A stretch of DNA of 64,000 nucleotides. Source: Podarcis filfolensis. Lineage: Eukaryota. The DNA is taken from the NCBI GenBank assembly GCA_964270895.1, contig OZ185443.1. One strand, written 5' to 3'. A model generated the notes under the pieces. It saw only the letters and a program-made list of their open reading frames with translations. It was not told the origin of the DNA and did not search any database. A program made the position numbers and the translations under genes. Positions 36,966-50,634 of this stretch are shown piece after piece. The first letter of the stretch is position 1, and each line of letters begins with the position of its first letter.

Positions 36966-37278
36966 GGGCTGCATCCACACAGCAGCTCATCCCGTTTCCC
37001 TGACAGTTAATTTCCTCATTATATTGGAACGTTCATGTGGTGTAAAATCAACTTCCAGAAATGGAATACAAGCTTGGCACTCATTTCCATGTTATTGGCT
37101 TCCAGGAAAAAAAAAATCTGTTTGCAAACAACATGGAATTGAGTTCTAACCTTGCACTACGTCCCACTATATTCCCAGGAGTGGCTTTTATGTCACGTGA
37201 ATGCAGAAATAGAAGGTGGAAATTACCAGTTAGGGAAACGTCAGGAAAATGGGAATGAGCTGCCACACGAATGCAGCC
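36966..37278. mobile_element. PIF/Harbinger-like MITE
   Basis: Imperfect long TIRs ggctgcatccacacagcagctcatcccgtttccctgac / gtcaggaaaatgggaatgagctgccacacgaatgcagcc. Confidence 0.6.
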
Positions 37279-37702
37279 TATGACACATTGAGCTATCTAG
37301 AATGTGTTAGACCGTAACGGCGGGTGAAAATTGTCCCGAAGTCATTTTGAGTGTTGGTGTGCAAAATAGCAGATGGGCTGTGTAATAGTCCTCTGTGAGC
37401 TCGGGTGTCTCACCCATGGTCCTCTGGGTATTGGAGGACTCCAGCGCCCATCATCCCCACCAGCATCATCCATGATCATGGATGATGGGGGTTGTAGTCC
37501 AGCAATATCCAGAGGACAGGTCCCATCCCAACCCTGCAGCTCCGGAGGCTTTTGTTAGAATTCTGGGAAACAAGTGCATTAACTGGAAAGAGAGGGATCC
37601 TCTCTACTCCTCAAGTATGAAAGGTCAACAGTTCTATAGTTGAGTTGAGAAACTTCAGAAACGCAAAAAAGGTGAACAGAGCAATCATCAGCTATATTAC
37701 TA

Positions 37703-37905
37703 CAGGGGTACCTCGGTTCTAGAACACAATGTGTTCTGGAAGCCTGTTCGGCTTCCAAAACATTCAAAAACTGAGGCGCGGCTTCCCATGGGTTGCAAGA
37801 GCTTCTTGCACTCAGTGGAAGTTGTGTTGCATGTTCGGGTTCCAAAATACATTCAAAAACAGAAGCATTTACTTCCGGGTTTTCAGCGTTCGAGAACCGA
37901 AGCAT
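37703..37905. mobile_element. Tc1/pogo MITE, degraded
   Basis: ta|caggggtacctcggttct...cgagaaccga. Interior resembles 17594-17844. Confidence 0.7.
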
Positions 37906-40900
37906 ACGACAGTGGAGGTGTATGGGAACCTAGGTAACACTGTTTTCTGAAATCTCATGATTGAGTGATGTTGTCTATTGGGGGGATCAGCATTGTTTAA
38001 GGCCGTGCATCCCTGCTGGGATGAGAGGGGACTTTTCTTGCTTCTCAACATGCGAGGGAAAAATAATCTGATTGAAGAAAAGAGGGAGAGAACCACTAAG
38101 GCCAAGAATCATGGCTTCTCATATGATCTCAACAAAACTTGCAACATGTGAATATTCATCCCCCCCCTCCACACTTTATTATTCCAAGAAGCGCTCCTTC
38201 TTGGAATGCAGGTGGTAAGTTGCATCTTTTTAATAAAAAGTACTTGGCTCAAGGCTGTGATAAGCAAAATGTTTTATCTGTTGGGGAAATTCCTCTTGGT
38301 AAGTATACAAAGTAGCCTTCTTCAGCCTGGTTCCTCCATCCAGATGATTTGGACAATATTTCCTACCAGCACAGATGTAGCAGCTGAGCCAGATGATGGG
38401 AATTGTACTCCAAAACATCTGGAAGGCACCAGGTTGAGGAAGGCTGATTTAGAGAGAGTGGAGACAGGTATTTCTGGCTTCAGTGTGATGCACTCTGCAG
38501 AAGCCAGAGCCAGTTGTTGTGAACCTTCTTAAATTCTAACACTGCAAGTGGCGCAAGAGCTCTCCATGCAAAGAACAGAAAATAATGAATTGCATGTAAA
38601 AATAATAATGAGCATGCTGGGGAGAAATCTTCCAAAATAGTCTGCTCTTATATTCTACTTTTCTACGAGGAAATTACAATGCATGGGATTATTGAGTATT
38701 TTACTATTGAACTCCCCATCTGCAGACTTTAGTGGGGTAGGCCTAACATGGCAGCATAATATGATTGCTGCGAATGTGCAGATCGGCTGTTGGACTTCAG
38801 TTGACCTGGCTTGTTGAACCATAGCATGATCCGAGACTTTTTAAGATGCAGACTTCGGAAGGCAAGGTGGCTTTTAAGTCCGTGCCCTACCATTCATTTT
38901 CTAGTGGATATTAGGTGCCTTAGGGCACAATCCTGTGACACTTTCCTGGAGAGTAGGCACCCATTGAGCCCAGTAGGGCTTATTTATGAGCTGCTGAAGA
39001 GAGAGGTTTCTCTCTAGCAAAGAAATGCAGCAAGCTCATTCAGGAGGCAGAGAGCTCTCAGCCCTTCCACTCATTTTTGCGGGCTCATTTAGAAGTCTGT
39101 TCTTGCAGAGACGATGCAAGGATCACAAGATTATGCATGTGAAAGGTTTGGAACACTCCAAAGTGCTTCGCAGCAATGTGTTGCCAAGAGCATGCTTACA
39201 GGTGTGGAGCAGACACCTGCTTTGCACGTAAATGGAAGGCACACAGAAAAACATCCTGCACTTAAACCTGTGGCCTTCCACAAGTAGACTGAGCAACAAG
39301 GAATTACATACCCCAACAGATGACACAAGGGTGAAGCAAAAGGTTGGGCTCAAACCTAAAATCATATGCATGTTACCAAGTATCCAATAAGAATAATTTA
39401 AAGTAGCAAATCAGAGAAAAGCAAATAATCATTGTAATCGGTAAAATGGATAGTCAACCTTCCACGAGTACATCATCTCTCAATCTTGTTCAACAACCTA
39501 GTACAAAACTTTTGAATTCTTTATATACTGTTTATTAAATTCCTGGCCCATCATGAGTGCTTGGTTTTATTCATTCATTTTTATTCATGTGTACAGCTCC
39601 ATTAATGTGCATGGTCAATAAACATAGATCAATAAAATGAATAAATGAAACACTCATGTAAAACGCAACATTTGATCAAAATTTACCATTGAAAGCCAGC
39701 CCTCCAAAGGGAACAAGTTGCAATCCTCACTCCCCAGTGTAGATAACCCTGATTTGCATGATGACTTGCTCATGTTTTAGGAAAAAAGAAAACATTCCAT
39801 GTGGTTCATTCCATATATGTTGATTTAGAATATTCTATAAATTTGTTGGCATGCAGTGATTTGTAGTAAATCTGTTGCTAAAGCTATGCTGTTTAAATCT
39901 GCATCCAATAATTGATTCTGACTGTAAATCTTATGTCCAAGCAAGTGGAGCTTTCATTGAATTATGTGGCTAGCACTGTGTAATTTTGTCTCTAGAGGTG
40001 GTTTCACCCATCTCGTGTTTGGCTACTCTGTCCAATGATAAGTTCTTCTGCTAATTTTTTTTCTTATTAATGTAAATTAGTAGCATCTTTAGCAAGGGTT
40101 GTGTTCATAGAGTCCTACATTCAACTATTTCAGAAGCCAACTTGCTGCAATGCTATCCAGAGCAGCCCTAATAGGGAAGGATGGGAAATTAAATAACTGA
40201 TGGTTTATCTGAAGCGAGACAAACCATGAGCCTGGGTCCAGATAACATGTTAAGCTTAGCTCCAGGTACCATGGCAGCAGCAGAACTGGGAGAGGAATGC
40301 AGTGGTCATAGTTTCCTCTCTTAGTGCCGCTAAGCTATAGTTTGGCTTAGCGTGACGTGTGAATTATGTCATTGGCAGATTCATGTGGAGGAATGCATTC
40401 TTTAAGTTGTTCCCACTTTGCTGATGGGAAGCTGAGGTCGGGGAGAAAGTTGCTTGCCGCAGCGAGTCCATAGCAGAAGCTGGATTCCGCATTCCTCACA
40501 TCCCAAACCCCATCTCTTTGTCCTTTAGACCCCATAGACTCTAGAATATTTTATTTGTTAAGAAAGTATTTCAATGCAAATGTTCGAGAACTGGGTCCAT
40601 CTCCAAATGCTGCTCTTTGCCAATCCTTGTGTTTGGTTCCAGGCTGCTTTGCATATACTGCATATTTCTGCATGCTCCATATTTCCTGCAGATCTTTTCC
40701 TTGGTGCTTTTGTTTGCTATAGTGCAAACAATAAACTTGGTGCTGTAAACAGGTGAACAAGATGGGATGGGAGCGAGGGAATTGACATAGCAGGTGATTT
40801 GGTGAGGGAGAAGATTTAAAGAACTGCTTGAATGAGCATTTAGATTTTGGTTTAAGGATATTTTTACTCAAGTGGGACTTTCATTGGGCTGGTTCTCACC

Positions 40901-40936
40901 ATGGTTTAGTGTTACATGCACAAGCTAGAATAAACC

Positions 40937-41111
40937 TAGGGTTGCCATACGTCCGGAATCTCCCAGACATATTCGGAATGCTGCTGTCTCTTACAGTGTC
41001 TGGGTGGAAATCGGTAAAACCCAGATGTTTGGCAGCCATGTTGGCTCAAAAATGGCATTTTTCTCTGCGATTTTGAGCAACAAACTTTTCACTGTTTGAA
41101 ATATGGCAACA
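40937..41111. mobile_element. hAT-like MITE (tagggttgccata termini)
   Basis: tagggttgccata...tatggcaac. Confidence 0.55.
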
Positions 41112-41659
41112 AGCTTCTCCTGTGTGGAATGACCAGTAGGAGAATATTCTGATGTTTAGATTTATTTTAAAATAATATTGGCTGCTTGTTCTGTATGAAC
41201 CAGACACTGAGGTTTAAAACAAACTCTAGTCCTTTTCTAAACAAACAGACTACAATACCTGTGTTTTGCTGATTTCAACAACCCTTCAGTTTCTTATTTT
41301 GTATGTGACAACAACCCAGGATTAGTGGAAAGTGAAACCAAATTCTGGCTGCACAGGAGGAGAAGCTCAAGACTTTGCTCAGGCTGGTTCTAGCTTGGGA
41401 ACACAGTGCAGCTAAACCATGGTTTAGTGTTACATGTGAACCAGCTCGTTGAATTACGTGGGCATGCTCAGTAGCACTGGTAGAACAGCTGCTAGCAAGG
41501 AGAGGCTGAGATAATTCAGAAAAGGCTTGCTGAGAGTCTGGTGGGCCTTGAACCAAGAATCTGAGGGTCTGGGAACAGAACTAGGAAGTTACTGTGGACT
41601 CAGGCATCATAGTCCTTTGGGACATGACTGGCCCTATGGGTCTTCTGTATTGGCCATGG

Positions 41660-41795
41660 CAGTGTTTCTCAAACCTGGATCTCCAGCTGTTGTTGGATGA
41701 CAACTCCCATCATCCCTGGCTGGCAGGATCAATGGTAAGGGATGATGGGAGCTATAGTTCAACAACACCTGGAGACTCAAGTTTGAGAAACACTG
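41660..41795. mobile_element. hAT/Charlie-like palindromic MITE
   Basis: TIR cagtgtttctcaaac...gtttgagaaacactg. TSD ggccatgg / ggctatgg. Confidence 0.85.
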
Positions 41796-42539
41796 GGCTA
41801 TGGTATGGCAGGTGAACAGAGCAGGGCTTTGGGTTGGTGTAGTTCAGTCAGAAGCCAACAGCTTGAGCTATTGACCTAAGGACTTTCCTCCCAAATATTG
41901 ATTCAAAGAGAAATGCCTTAAAAGTTGAGCTAGTAGCCATGCTAGAAATTATTTTTTTATCTCAATGCTACCCTTTAGGATAAAACAATAGTTTGGAAAC
42001 ATAGAATTTATCATTTATTCATCACAATTACTTATTCAAACTGAAAGTTGTTAAAAATGCATTGAGGCAGCAGTTGACAATAAGGCGTGTTGTTGGACAG
42101 AACAATGGGGTTTTATTCCTTTAAGTGTCATTCAGGTTATTCTAAGTAGCTGAATAATGCATCAGCAGAGTTTAGAAATAATGAGAGTAGAAAGAGGAAC
42201 AGAAGGGGAAGGGTGTGCGAAAGAAGAGACGTTTCTCCAGGTGATGCAAATCATTGGCACGTTATTTGAAGTGTTACAAAATGGAATACATCCCCCCCCC
42301 CCATTGTTGTGCATGTTGGCTGTGAGTAACAGCCAAAGAAACCGCTTTCTTTCTAAATTCTTCAGATGTTTTCTGGGTACCGTTGTCAGGTTGCGGGTTA
42401 CAAACCAGTGACAGCAAAAGTTTTGGCCATCTCTTACGACCTTTGGTTGCAGAATTTGCCATGGTTATTTACAAAGCGTTAAGCCACAGAAGCATCCGAC
42501 AACCTATTCATTGGACGTAGGTGTTCAGAAGGAATCCCA

Positions 42540-42770
42540 TTCACAGAATACTAGAGTTGGAGGGACCCCAAGGGTCATATAGTCCAAGAATCTCAGCTAA
42601 AGCATCCACGACATATGGCTGGTCATCCAACCTCTGCTTAAAAACCTCCAGGGATGGAGAGTCCACAACCCCCTAAGGGAGTCCATTCCACTGTCAAACA
42701 TCTCTTACTGTCAGAAAGTTCTTCCTGATGTTTAGTTGGAATCTCCTTTCTTGTAACTTGAATCCATTGG
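42540..42770 (-). mobile_element. CR1 3' fragment; smaller tails at 34626-34695(-), 50270-50330, 55855-55925
   Basis: Minus-strand frame [22 protein letters not shown], homologous to the C-terminus of the 29394 ORF. Confidence 0.85.
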
Positions 42771-43503
42771 TGGCAAAATAGGACATTGCAGCCCATGTAA
42801 TACATTCGTTATTGGGCAAACTAGGAATATTTACACTCGGACATTCAATTCCAATGTCATGGAAAAACACTATTTCTCCCACAAACTACTATTTCAGCTT
42901 CAAGTGAGTGATCTTGCTTAATGTCCTTACATCTCTACATAGATCAACAAACAGATGCTGCCATAAGTGAGCATTTAACCTGCAGTGCTCAGGTATCAAC
43001 TCACATCATCCCCAGCCAGCATGCATCTGTTTGATTGCTAGGATAAAATACAGTACTGTCACTCAGAGGTAATATTTTTCAGCCTAGGGCTCATTCCCAG
43101 AGGTTAGCTTCCAGATCTTCATTAGTGAGGGGAGAAAAAAAACCAGTTGTATGAATGAGCCACCCAGTTGAAGGCCAAATCCCTATGATTCTGAACTAGT
43201 TTCTTGGATTGAATCTGAGTAAGTTGTGGCAATTATGTGTTTGCACCTTGCCATTTCCTCTTTCTCCTTTTATTTTGAATATTTAATATCTGTATATACA
43301 GACGTCCTTCACGTTTGAGGGTTGCAAAAGGGCAAATATCACAAAACACTGAAAATGCACTCAGTGCCACGTTTTCTACATGTACACGGCAAAATCTGGT
43401 GTTGGAACGGTCTCTAATTGACCTGCGGATGTGCGTAGCTCTCTGTGGTGTGTTAACACGAGTGTCTGAATGCTTTTCTGTCTTAACTCTCTTGCTTCTG
43501 CAG

Positions 43504-43724
43504 CTGCTTTGGCCTTTCTTTTTCTCCTCTGCCTTAACTCTGCTGTCTTCCTCCTCCTCCTCTTCCTCCTCCTCCTCTTTGCTGCTGCTCTCGAATGTGT
43601 GCTCTTCCTCCTGCTTGCGACTCTAAAGCCCGCAGCCCGCTTGAGAGTTCTGTGCCCTGCCTAGCAACCCGCACGTTGGATGATGAAATCCGGGTGCAGC
43701 GCAGCCCCAGCGTGGGATGGCTAA
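43504..43724 (+). other. Candidate alternative first exon or poison cassette exon of SLC4A4
   Basis: Acceptor-like tcttaactctcttgcttctgcag| ends at 43503. ATG 43595 opens 43 codons, then donor A|GTAAGT at 43725, phase-compatible with exon 45099. Local CpG enrichment. Confidence 0.35.
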
Positions 43725-45098
43725 GTAAGTGGATGACGGGAAAGGAGTTGCACTTTCCAGGGAAACGGTGTGCATGAAGGGGGTGTGGTTGTGTGTCAGG
43801 GGATCAGTCTGGAGATGACGACGGCATGCAAAAATGGTGGGCTTCCAAGGAATTAAAGCTCCAAAATACATCTTTGCATGGGGAAAACTGACCCTATCCT
43901 TGAACCGGGAACTCTGTGAGCTAAGATGCTTCTGCTACTGCAGACTGCAAGGATAGGGGAATGCAACAGCATGCCCTGTGACTGGCAGGCGGACTAAGTA
44001 CCCCAAAACCATCCTTCTAGTTTAGTTTGGTCAACAGAGCCATACCACATGGTTGCTACAAGCCAGTCTTAAGTCCACTGCTCTCTAAACTCGCTGACCT
44101 CAAGGACCCAGAACTAGATGTTCAGGTAGAACTGCCCTTGGCTGTAGCCTGGCCCCAAACCATCTGTTTGACGTCGTATCTAGGTTGGTTCAGTGCAGGA
44201 CAGCTGCAAAGTTGGGGTGTAGGACCTGATTTCCATGATGCTACTGAATTGAACTCACCAGGCCTCCTTGTGTACATGACCTGATAATTTCCTTGCAGTG
44301 GTGGTGAAGGTTTATCACATATGGAGAGTTACAATTCAACTTCCCTCACTAATGCAGTGATTAAGGATGTTGCCTAGTGACTTGTTAATTCTATCAAGTT
44401 GTGCCTGAATAGAGGTTTGGACCATATCTCAACCCAACATGGAAGCACTACATGCACAAGCTCTGTAATTGATTTTACCCTCTTATTTATTTTGCATGTT
44501 CTTTATGTGACTCAGAGGCAAAAACAAGCTGAAGATGAAGGGAGCCTCCATGGGATTATTATGTGCCCCCAGCTAACCAAATCAGGATGTTTTTGTTTTA
44601 CACTCATGTTGATCCTAAATCTGTAGCTCAGTCAACATGCTGCTTCTTGCATTATCTTCAGTTAGTAGAGTGAGCAAATCTTTCACCCCTTCTTTCTGTC
44701 AGCTTTTGGTTTAGATGTACATAAAAGTTCAAACTTTTCTGATCAAGGCCTCTGGAAACATAACCTTTTGCATGTTAGTGAAGTCTCCTGGCTGGCCAGT
44801 TGTGATCTTAATGGAATCCAGCCAAAATTAAACACCTATTGAGTCAAGTGGGGAGAATCAAGAATTTCTCCAAATGAAATTGTTGAGGATAAAAGAGATA
44901 AAAGAGCCATATATATATGTATTCTGCCATTGCTTGGTGTTGGTACTTGCTTTAGCAGATAGCGGCCGTCTTATATTGAGCTTTCAACTACCCTTCATGT
45001 AATTGGCAAACTGCCTTGCTCAGGTATTGCTGTGGCCCGAGACTCTGTGTGTCCCTTAGCAAACGGTATTTTAACAGACCTTGGTCTTCTTCTTGCAG

Positions 45099-45175
45099 GC
45101 AGCCCAGCCATGACGCACAGAAACCTGACTTCCTCTAGTTTGAACGACATCTCTGACAAACCTGACAAAGAACAG
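45099..45175 (+). CDS. SLC4A4: SLC4A4 exon (77 nt), [26 protein letters not shown]
   Basis: Acceptor cttcttcttgcag|, donor CAG|gtaagc. Confidence 0.96.
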
Positions 45176-45831
45176 GTAAGCCTGGAATTCCTGATCATCA
45201 TTTCCTTGCAAAGATGTACCGGGAAAGAATGTGATGCTCAGGAGGAGATGAGCACTTTAGGATGAAGGGAAAATGTGAGCAGTTGCAATTTTTAAAGCAC
45301 TGGCTGTTTTAAGAGGCTATCGTCTTATTGCCAGTGTTGCGTTGAAGGCTCCTGACTTGGTGGTTTATCACTTTGCCCAAGAGATCTTGCAGAATTCTTT
45401 CAGCTTTTCAATAGGCCAAAGCAAGCCTGCCTGCCCTTTTTCTGTTGGAGAATAAAGCTCTTAATTTCTAGAGTTTTTCCTCTATCTTTCACATAAGGAG
45501 GTCAAATGCAAGTGGTGCTGCAGGTCTAAATTCATTCCCCACTGCTGCCCTTCCCTCATACTCTTGCTTGCATTCAAACTTCTTAATTATCAATCGCTTT
45601 AGAAAAATTCATCCTTAACTAAGACAAGGAGCAGGAACAAAGCTTAGATGAAGATAAACAAGGTTTAGCAAATGATGGAAAAGTTCGATTGGCCTGTTTT
45701 GTTTATGTGTGCGTAATCAGTTGTAGGTTTTTGTTTTATGTTACACCAGCATTTGACAACTTGGAGCCCTCCACCCCGGAGCTCTGAGGAATCCTATCCC
45801 AAGTTCAACACCAATTCCTCCCATCGATCCC

Positions 45832-45832
<1 letters not shown>

Positions 45833-45867
<35 letters not shown>
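45833..45867. repeat. (CA)n microsatellite
   Basis: About 17 units. Confidence 0.97.
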
Positions 45868-45869
<2 letters not shown>

Positions 45870-46044
45870 GACACAGCAAGGTTCTGGTGAGCTGAAGTAC
45901 TGCAAATGGTTTTGTTAATCTCATAAAATTAACAAAGAAATCATTTTGATGGGGTGGGTGGATGAGGGTGTTGATTTGATCGTGCTGATCCTTCAAATTC
46001 TATCTCACACCAGACAGATTCAGGTGATATGTGTGTGCTTTTAT

Positions 46045-46045
46045 T

Positions 46046-46078
<33 letters not shown>
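46045..46078. repeat. Compound (TA)n(GA)n microsatellite
   Basis: tatatatatatatat followed by agagagagagagagag. Confidence 0.9.
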
Positions 46079-49000
46079 GAGTCAATCTAAGTGCAGCAAG
46101 GGAATAATACATTATTTAGTGGCATCTTGAGGTAGATGAAAAGACCTTTGTCTTTCCCATGATGGCTGACTGGCTTGCATTCATTAGTTTGCTGTGCTTC
46201 CTACAAGTTTGACAATCCTCAAGGCTTTGTTTTGAAATGCCATTCTGTTCAGAAAATAAATACCGAAAAATTGGAGAGCTGTATCACTCTCTTGTTTTGT
46301 TTTGCTTTTTTGTCCACCGGAGGCTAGGGGGTGGGGTAGTATGTGCTAATATACTGACATTTCCTTATTGTTTTTATTTTCCTTATTATTATCCTTATGC
46401 CCATGACAACCTCATTTGCATCAGGATGGAAACCCATCCTTCCTCAAACAGAGAAAGCGATAAAACTGAGCAAAGACGCTCATCTGACCTACCCTAATAG
46501 GTCATGTTTCATTGTAGGAAGCTATGGCTATTTATGACAGTCAGCCAAACAGAACGGACACTGAGGTCACCATTCACTTCACGTTAAATCATTTAAATCC
46601 CATCGACTGCAGAGAGAGGGGATTAGGTCCATGCAGCACTCGTCTATATAGTGGCAGTTAAATATACTCTGTGCTTACTTCCCAGCTCATCTAGAAACCC
46701 TGTTCTGCTCAATCCATCGCTGCTCTTTCAACTGCACAGAATATTTTAAGTTGTGCAATGGAGCTCTCCACTTCTCTTCTCTGCAGCCCCCTGCCCTCCA
46801 CACCCTCAAATTTTTCTCCATAGGTTTGTGGAACCATCCAGAAAAGACTCAGGGTGCATGATGGGAGAGGACAGGATGGGGAAAGACCTGTTACATGAGC
46901 AGAACTATACTTGTATTACATTAGGTATCGCCCCATAAATTTGGTCATCTAGTAAGTGGTCTTGCTTGGTGCCTTCGCACGTGTACACAGAGAATAAAAA
47001 TAAATAATTTCAAATTGCCTACTTTGTCTCTAAGCAGATGATTTCATGTTCCAAAAGGTTTGTGTATTCCGTGTCAGCTAAACTTAGGTTCTACAAAATT
47101 TCTGTTTCACCACAGGCCGACATGATTTCTGGCAGCCAGTTAGCATGCATCTTTATTCAGGAACTGTATCAGTTAAACAATGGGATAACTGATTTATATT
47201 ACTGGTTTTAGACAAGCGTTTGTCTCACTGATTTTTAACTCCCCGTTACTGAATCAGTCTACCCTGATCATGTTTTCTGTTTATGGGTTCAGCCACTTTG
47301 CTCATGTCCAGAAAATAGTGTTTCTATTTCTTTTAGTGACCCTGGGATTTCTAGTGTGAAAAACCTGCAAGTGTGTGGTATCAGAATAGTGGACTCAGTT
47401 ATGCAATGTCATAAATGAGAATGTTACAGTCAGCAGTATGGTAAGACAGTAACCAGGACTCAGGTTAATCTGTGTTCCAGTAGGGCCTTATTTATTTATT
47501 TAAAAAGCACCCAGAGCCGTTCAGAAGTTGCTGGAGATGCATTTTTGTTGCCTTGGGCAGTCCAGTTGCCTAACTTGGTGTCTGCTGGTGCTACAACAGT
47601 GCTGGATACAAGCCAGTGAGGGCAATAGCCACGGAATACAGTTTGTGTGTTTGTGTGTATACATGCATGTGGATCCACATGCTGGAGAAGACTTGTGTGA
47701 TAGGACCCCTGCTTTTTAAAAATGTCCCTCATCTGGTTTTATTTGAAAACAGAAGCAGACTCTAGTATCTTCCAACATAAAAGACCCCAAATTTATTTCT
47801 TAACTCCCTCCTGTTTGGGGATTATGCGAAGGCTCCACAGGAAACCGGGTTCCAAGTGCTTTCACCCTCCCTTAACGGTGTCGCTGTTCCCAGAACCCTG
47901 CAGAAATCTTTCAGTTCTCTGTGCTTTGTTTAAATGTCCTTGGCAAGCCCTTATGGACGATGAATCTCAAGGACCTTCCCCCCCCCCACAATCTCTCCTC
48001 CTCCCCACACCAGCTAGCATTTTAAATGCATGCAAGTTAAATAAACTTTGGGTTAAGCAGCATTGGGGGCTGTGCTTGCTGCTCAGCTTCACGCAGTTCC
48101 ATATAGAAACCGCAGGAGAATATGCACGGATGTTTACAAACGCTCTCAGAGCACGTTGAAGGGAAGTGGGTTCCTCTGCCTTTGGGGAAAAGTGCATGCT
48201 TAAGATGCATAATGTGTTCAGATGAGTGTAGCCAGCTGGACCATTGATTTGATGATTTACACAAAAAACCCTTGTCCCCAGTGTTTGCAGCACTTCCCTG
48301 ACTCCTGTGTTTCCATATCAACAGTAAAGTCTCTCTCTCTCTCTCTCCATTCCTCTGCTGCTGGCCAAAACTAATTCTAAAGTTTAAAAGAAGTTGGCCT
48401 GGATGGAGGGGGGGTGTACCCCATGCTTGGTTCTGCTAGAGATGTTTCCAGGACTTCCTGCTTCTCGGAGCTCAGTTCATTGATGGATTGTGTAAGGGCC
48501 TGTTGCAGCCTCTCTTTTCTTTCTTCTGTCTGTGCTGGCGATTGTTTAACCTTCCCCGTTGCTGGGACTATCCTAATTACCGTATCTGATTGCCACGGTG
48601 ACCTGGATTCACCCTAGACCAGCCTTGCCCCACCTCAGCGGAGGGCACCAAGTTGAGGAAGGCAGACCCAGAGAGGACTCTGGTGTAGGAGGGAGAGCGC
48701 AACTTTTTGCTTTGACACCTGTTTGAAGGGAAGCCAGTTTACAGGTCGCCAGCTAAATTTCAGAAGATATGCTGTCAGATCTCTGAACTAAGAGTGTCAG
48801 GTGCAAAAAGGGCAGTAGAGAAAGCAGAGGGAAATGAAGAGGGAACGGAACGCAGGGTGCAGCTGTGAAATTTCCGTAGAGCTTTCTATGAATTATAGCT
48901 TGGACATTCCAAATTCTTCACATTCCTCAGTGCCTGCATCAAATTCCTAGGAAGCCAGGTGGTTAGATATCTGGGGTTTCCACCCCACCTCCTGCTCTTC

Positions 49001-49452
49001 TGATACACTGGATATTTCAGAGCAGAGCTGAGTAATGCCTTTGGCGCCAAGCCATAACAATGGTGAGTTCATGATAGGAGAGATACAGGTCCCTGCAACC
49101 CTTGCCTTGGTTTCTCTTCTGTTCAGATCCAGGCCTGGTTGTATACTATATGGTAGGCTGCTGTGTTTTCTGCATGCGCTGCTCATAGCGTGACTTGGAA
49201 GCTCTGCATGCCTCTTTCCTCAGCAGCCCCATGACCTCAGGAGCTCTTCCTGAGCCACCTAACCCGCCTCGAGGCTCCCCCTGTCCTCATACTTGACATA
49301 AAAGATAATAAAGAGCAGGCAGCTACTTGATCTTGTTGTTGGGTTGTTTTTTTGAACCAACTTATTTGAATTTTACAGTCTGCTGCATCTAGAAGACTGT
49401 AGCTTAAAAGTAGAAAGCAAGTTTAAAGTCTGACTAAAGCAGCACTAAAGCA

Positions 49453-49805
49453 GGGACGCGGGTGGTGCTGTGGGTTAAACCACAGAGCCTAGGACTTGCC
49501 GATCAGAAGGTTGACGGTTCAGATCCCTGTGACGGGGTGAGGTCCCATCGCTCGGTCCCAGCTCCTGCCAACTTAGCAGTTCGAAAGCACGTCAAAGTAC
49601 AAGTAGATAAGTAGACCTCCAGCAGGAAGGTAAATGGCGTTTCTGTGCGCTGCTCTGGTTCGCCAGAAGCGGCTTAGTCATGCTGGCCACATGACCCGGA
49701 AGCTGTACGCCGGCTCCCTCGGCCAATAAAGCAAGATGAGCGCCGCAACCCCAGAGTCGGCTATGAGTGGACCTAATGGTCAGGGGTCCCCTTTACCTTT
49801 ACCCT
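49453..49805 (+). mobile_element. Sauria SINE
   Basis: Full length with ctttacctttacc tail. TSD core taaagca. Confidence 0.92.
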
Positions 49806-50634
49806 TAAAGCAGCACAAACATAGCAACAGATCCCACTCCTCTCAAACAGGCACAGTAACTCCTTAACACCCAAATGAAATAAAAGTGGGGGCCAGAGAT
49901 CTACAGAAAATGTCCCGTTTTCTGGTCTGAGAAGAAGCCAAGTGCCTTGAGTAATGCCCACTCACTTTGTGGCCATTTAAGATTGGGAGTCTCCAGGTGC
50001 TTCCACACTGAATGCATCTGCCAGTCACCAAAAGCCGCAGCTCCTTTAGGCATGGGGGAATTCGCAGCAGAGTGAGGTTACAACACTCTGTTTGTGTTGC
50101 TAGATGTTACTGGGATAGAGAGGAGGAGGGATATAGAAAGCTGCCTGTTGACAAGTCACACTATTAGCCATCTAGCCCAGTGTTGTCTACACTGACTTGC
50201 AGAAACTCTCCAGTATGCCGGGCAGAGAAAAGTCTCAAATCACATCTGTCATGGACGCTTTAGGTAAGTTTCCTGCCTTGCCGGGGGTTGGACTAGATCA
50301 TGCTCCCTTCCAACTCTACAATTCTGTGGTTCTACACCCCCTTCTAACTGACCATGTTAACTTATAATGTCAGGGGCCAGGAGAATCTATGCATACCATG
50401 TGCTTTATTGCTAAGCGATGGGTCGTCTCTCCCTCCCCGAAAAGGAAGAGTGGGGAAGCCTCCATTAATTGTTCCTGTTGGTTCATGCTAAGTGAGTGGT
50501 CTACCACTGGAGCTAATTCCCCTCCACGGAGAGTCACAAGGCTTTGTGTTCAGCAGCTAGCACCCATCTTCCTCCCAAATCTGCAAACGCACCATTGGGA
50601 ACAGTATTTTTGTGAGTGTGTAATGTATTGGATT

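Noticed and set aside
43470-43664. Hydrophobic 64-aa ORF as a membrane micropeptide
   Set aside because: The hydrophobicity comes from a CT/(CCT)n low-complexity tract. It is considered only as the poison-exon frame.
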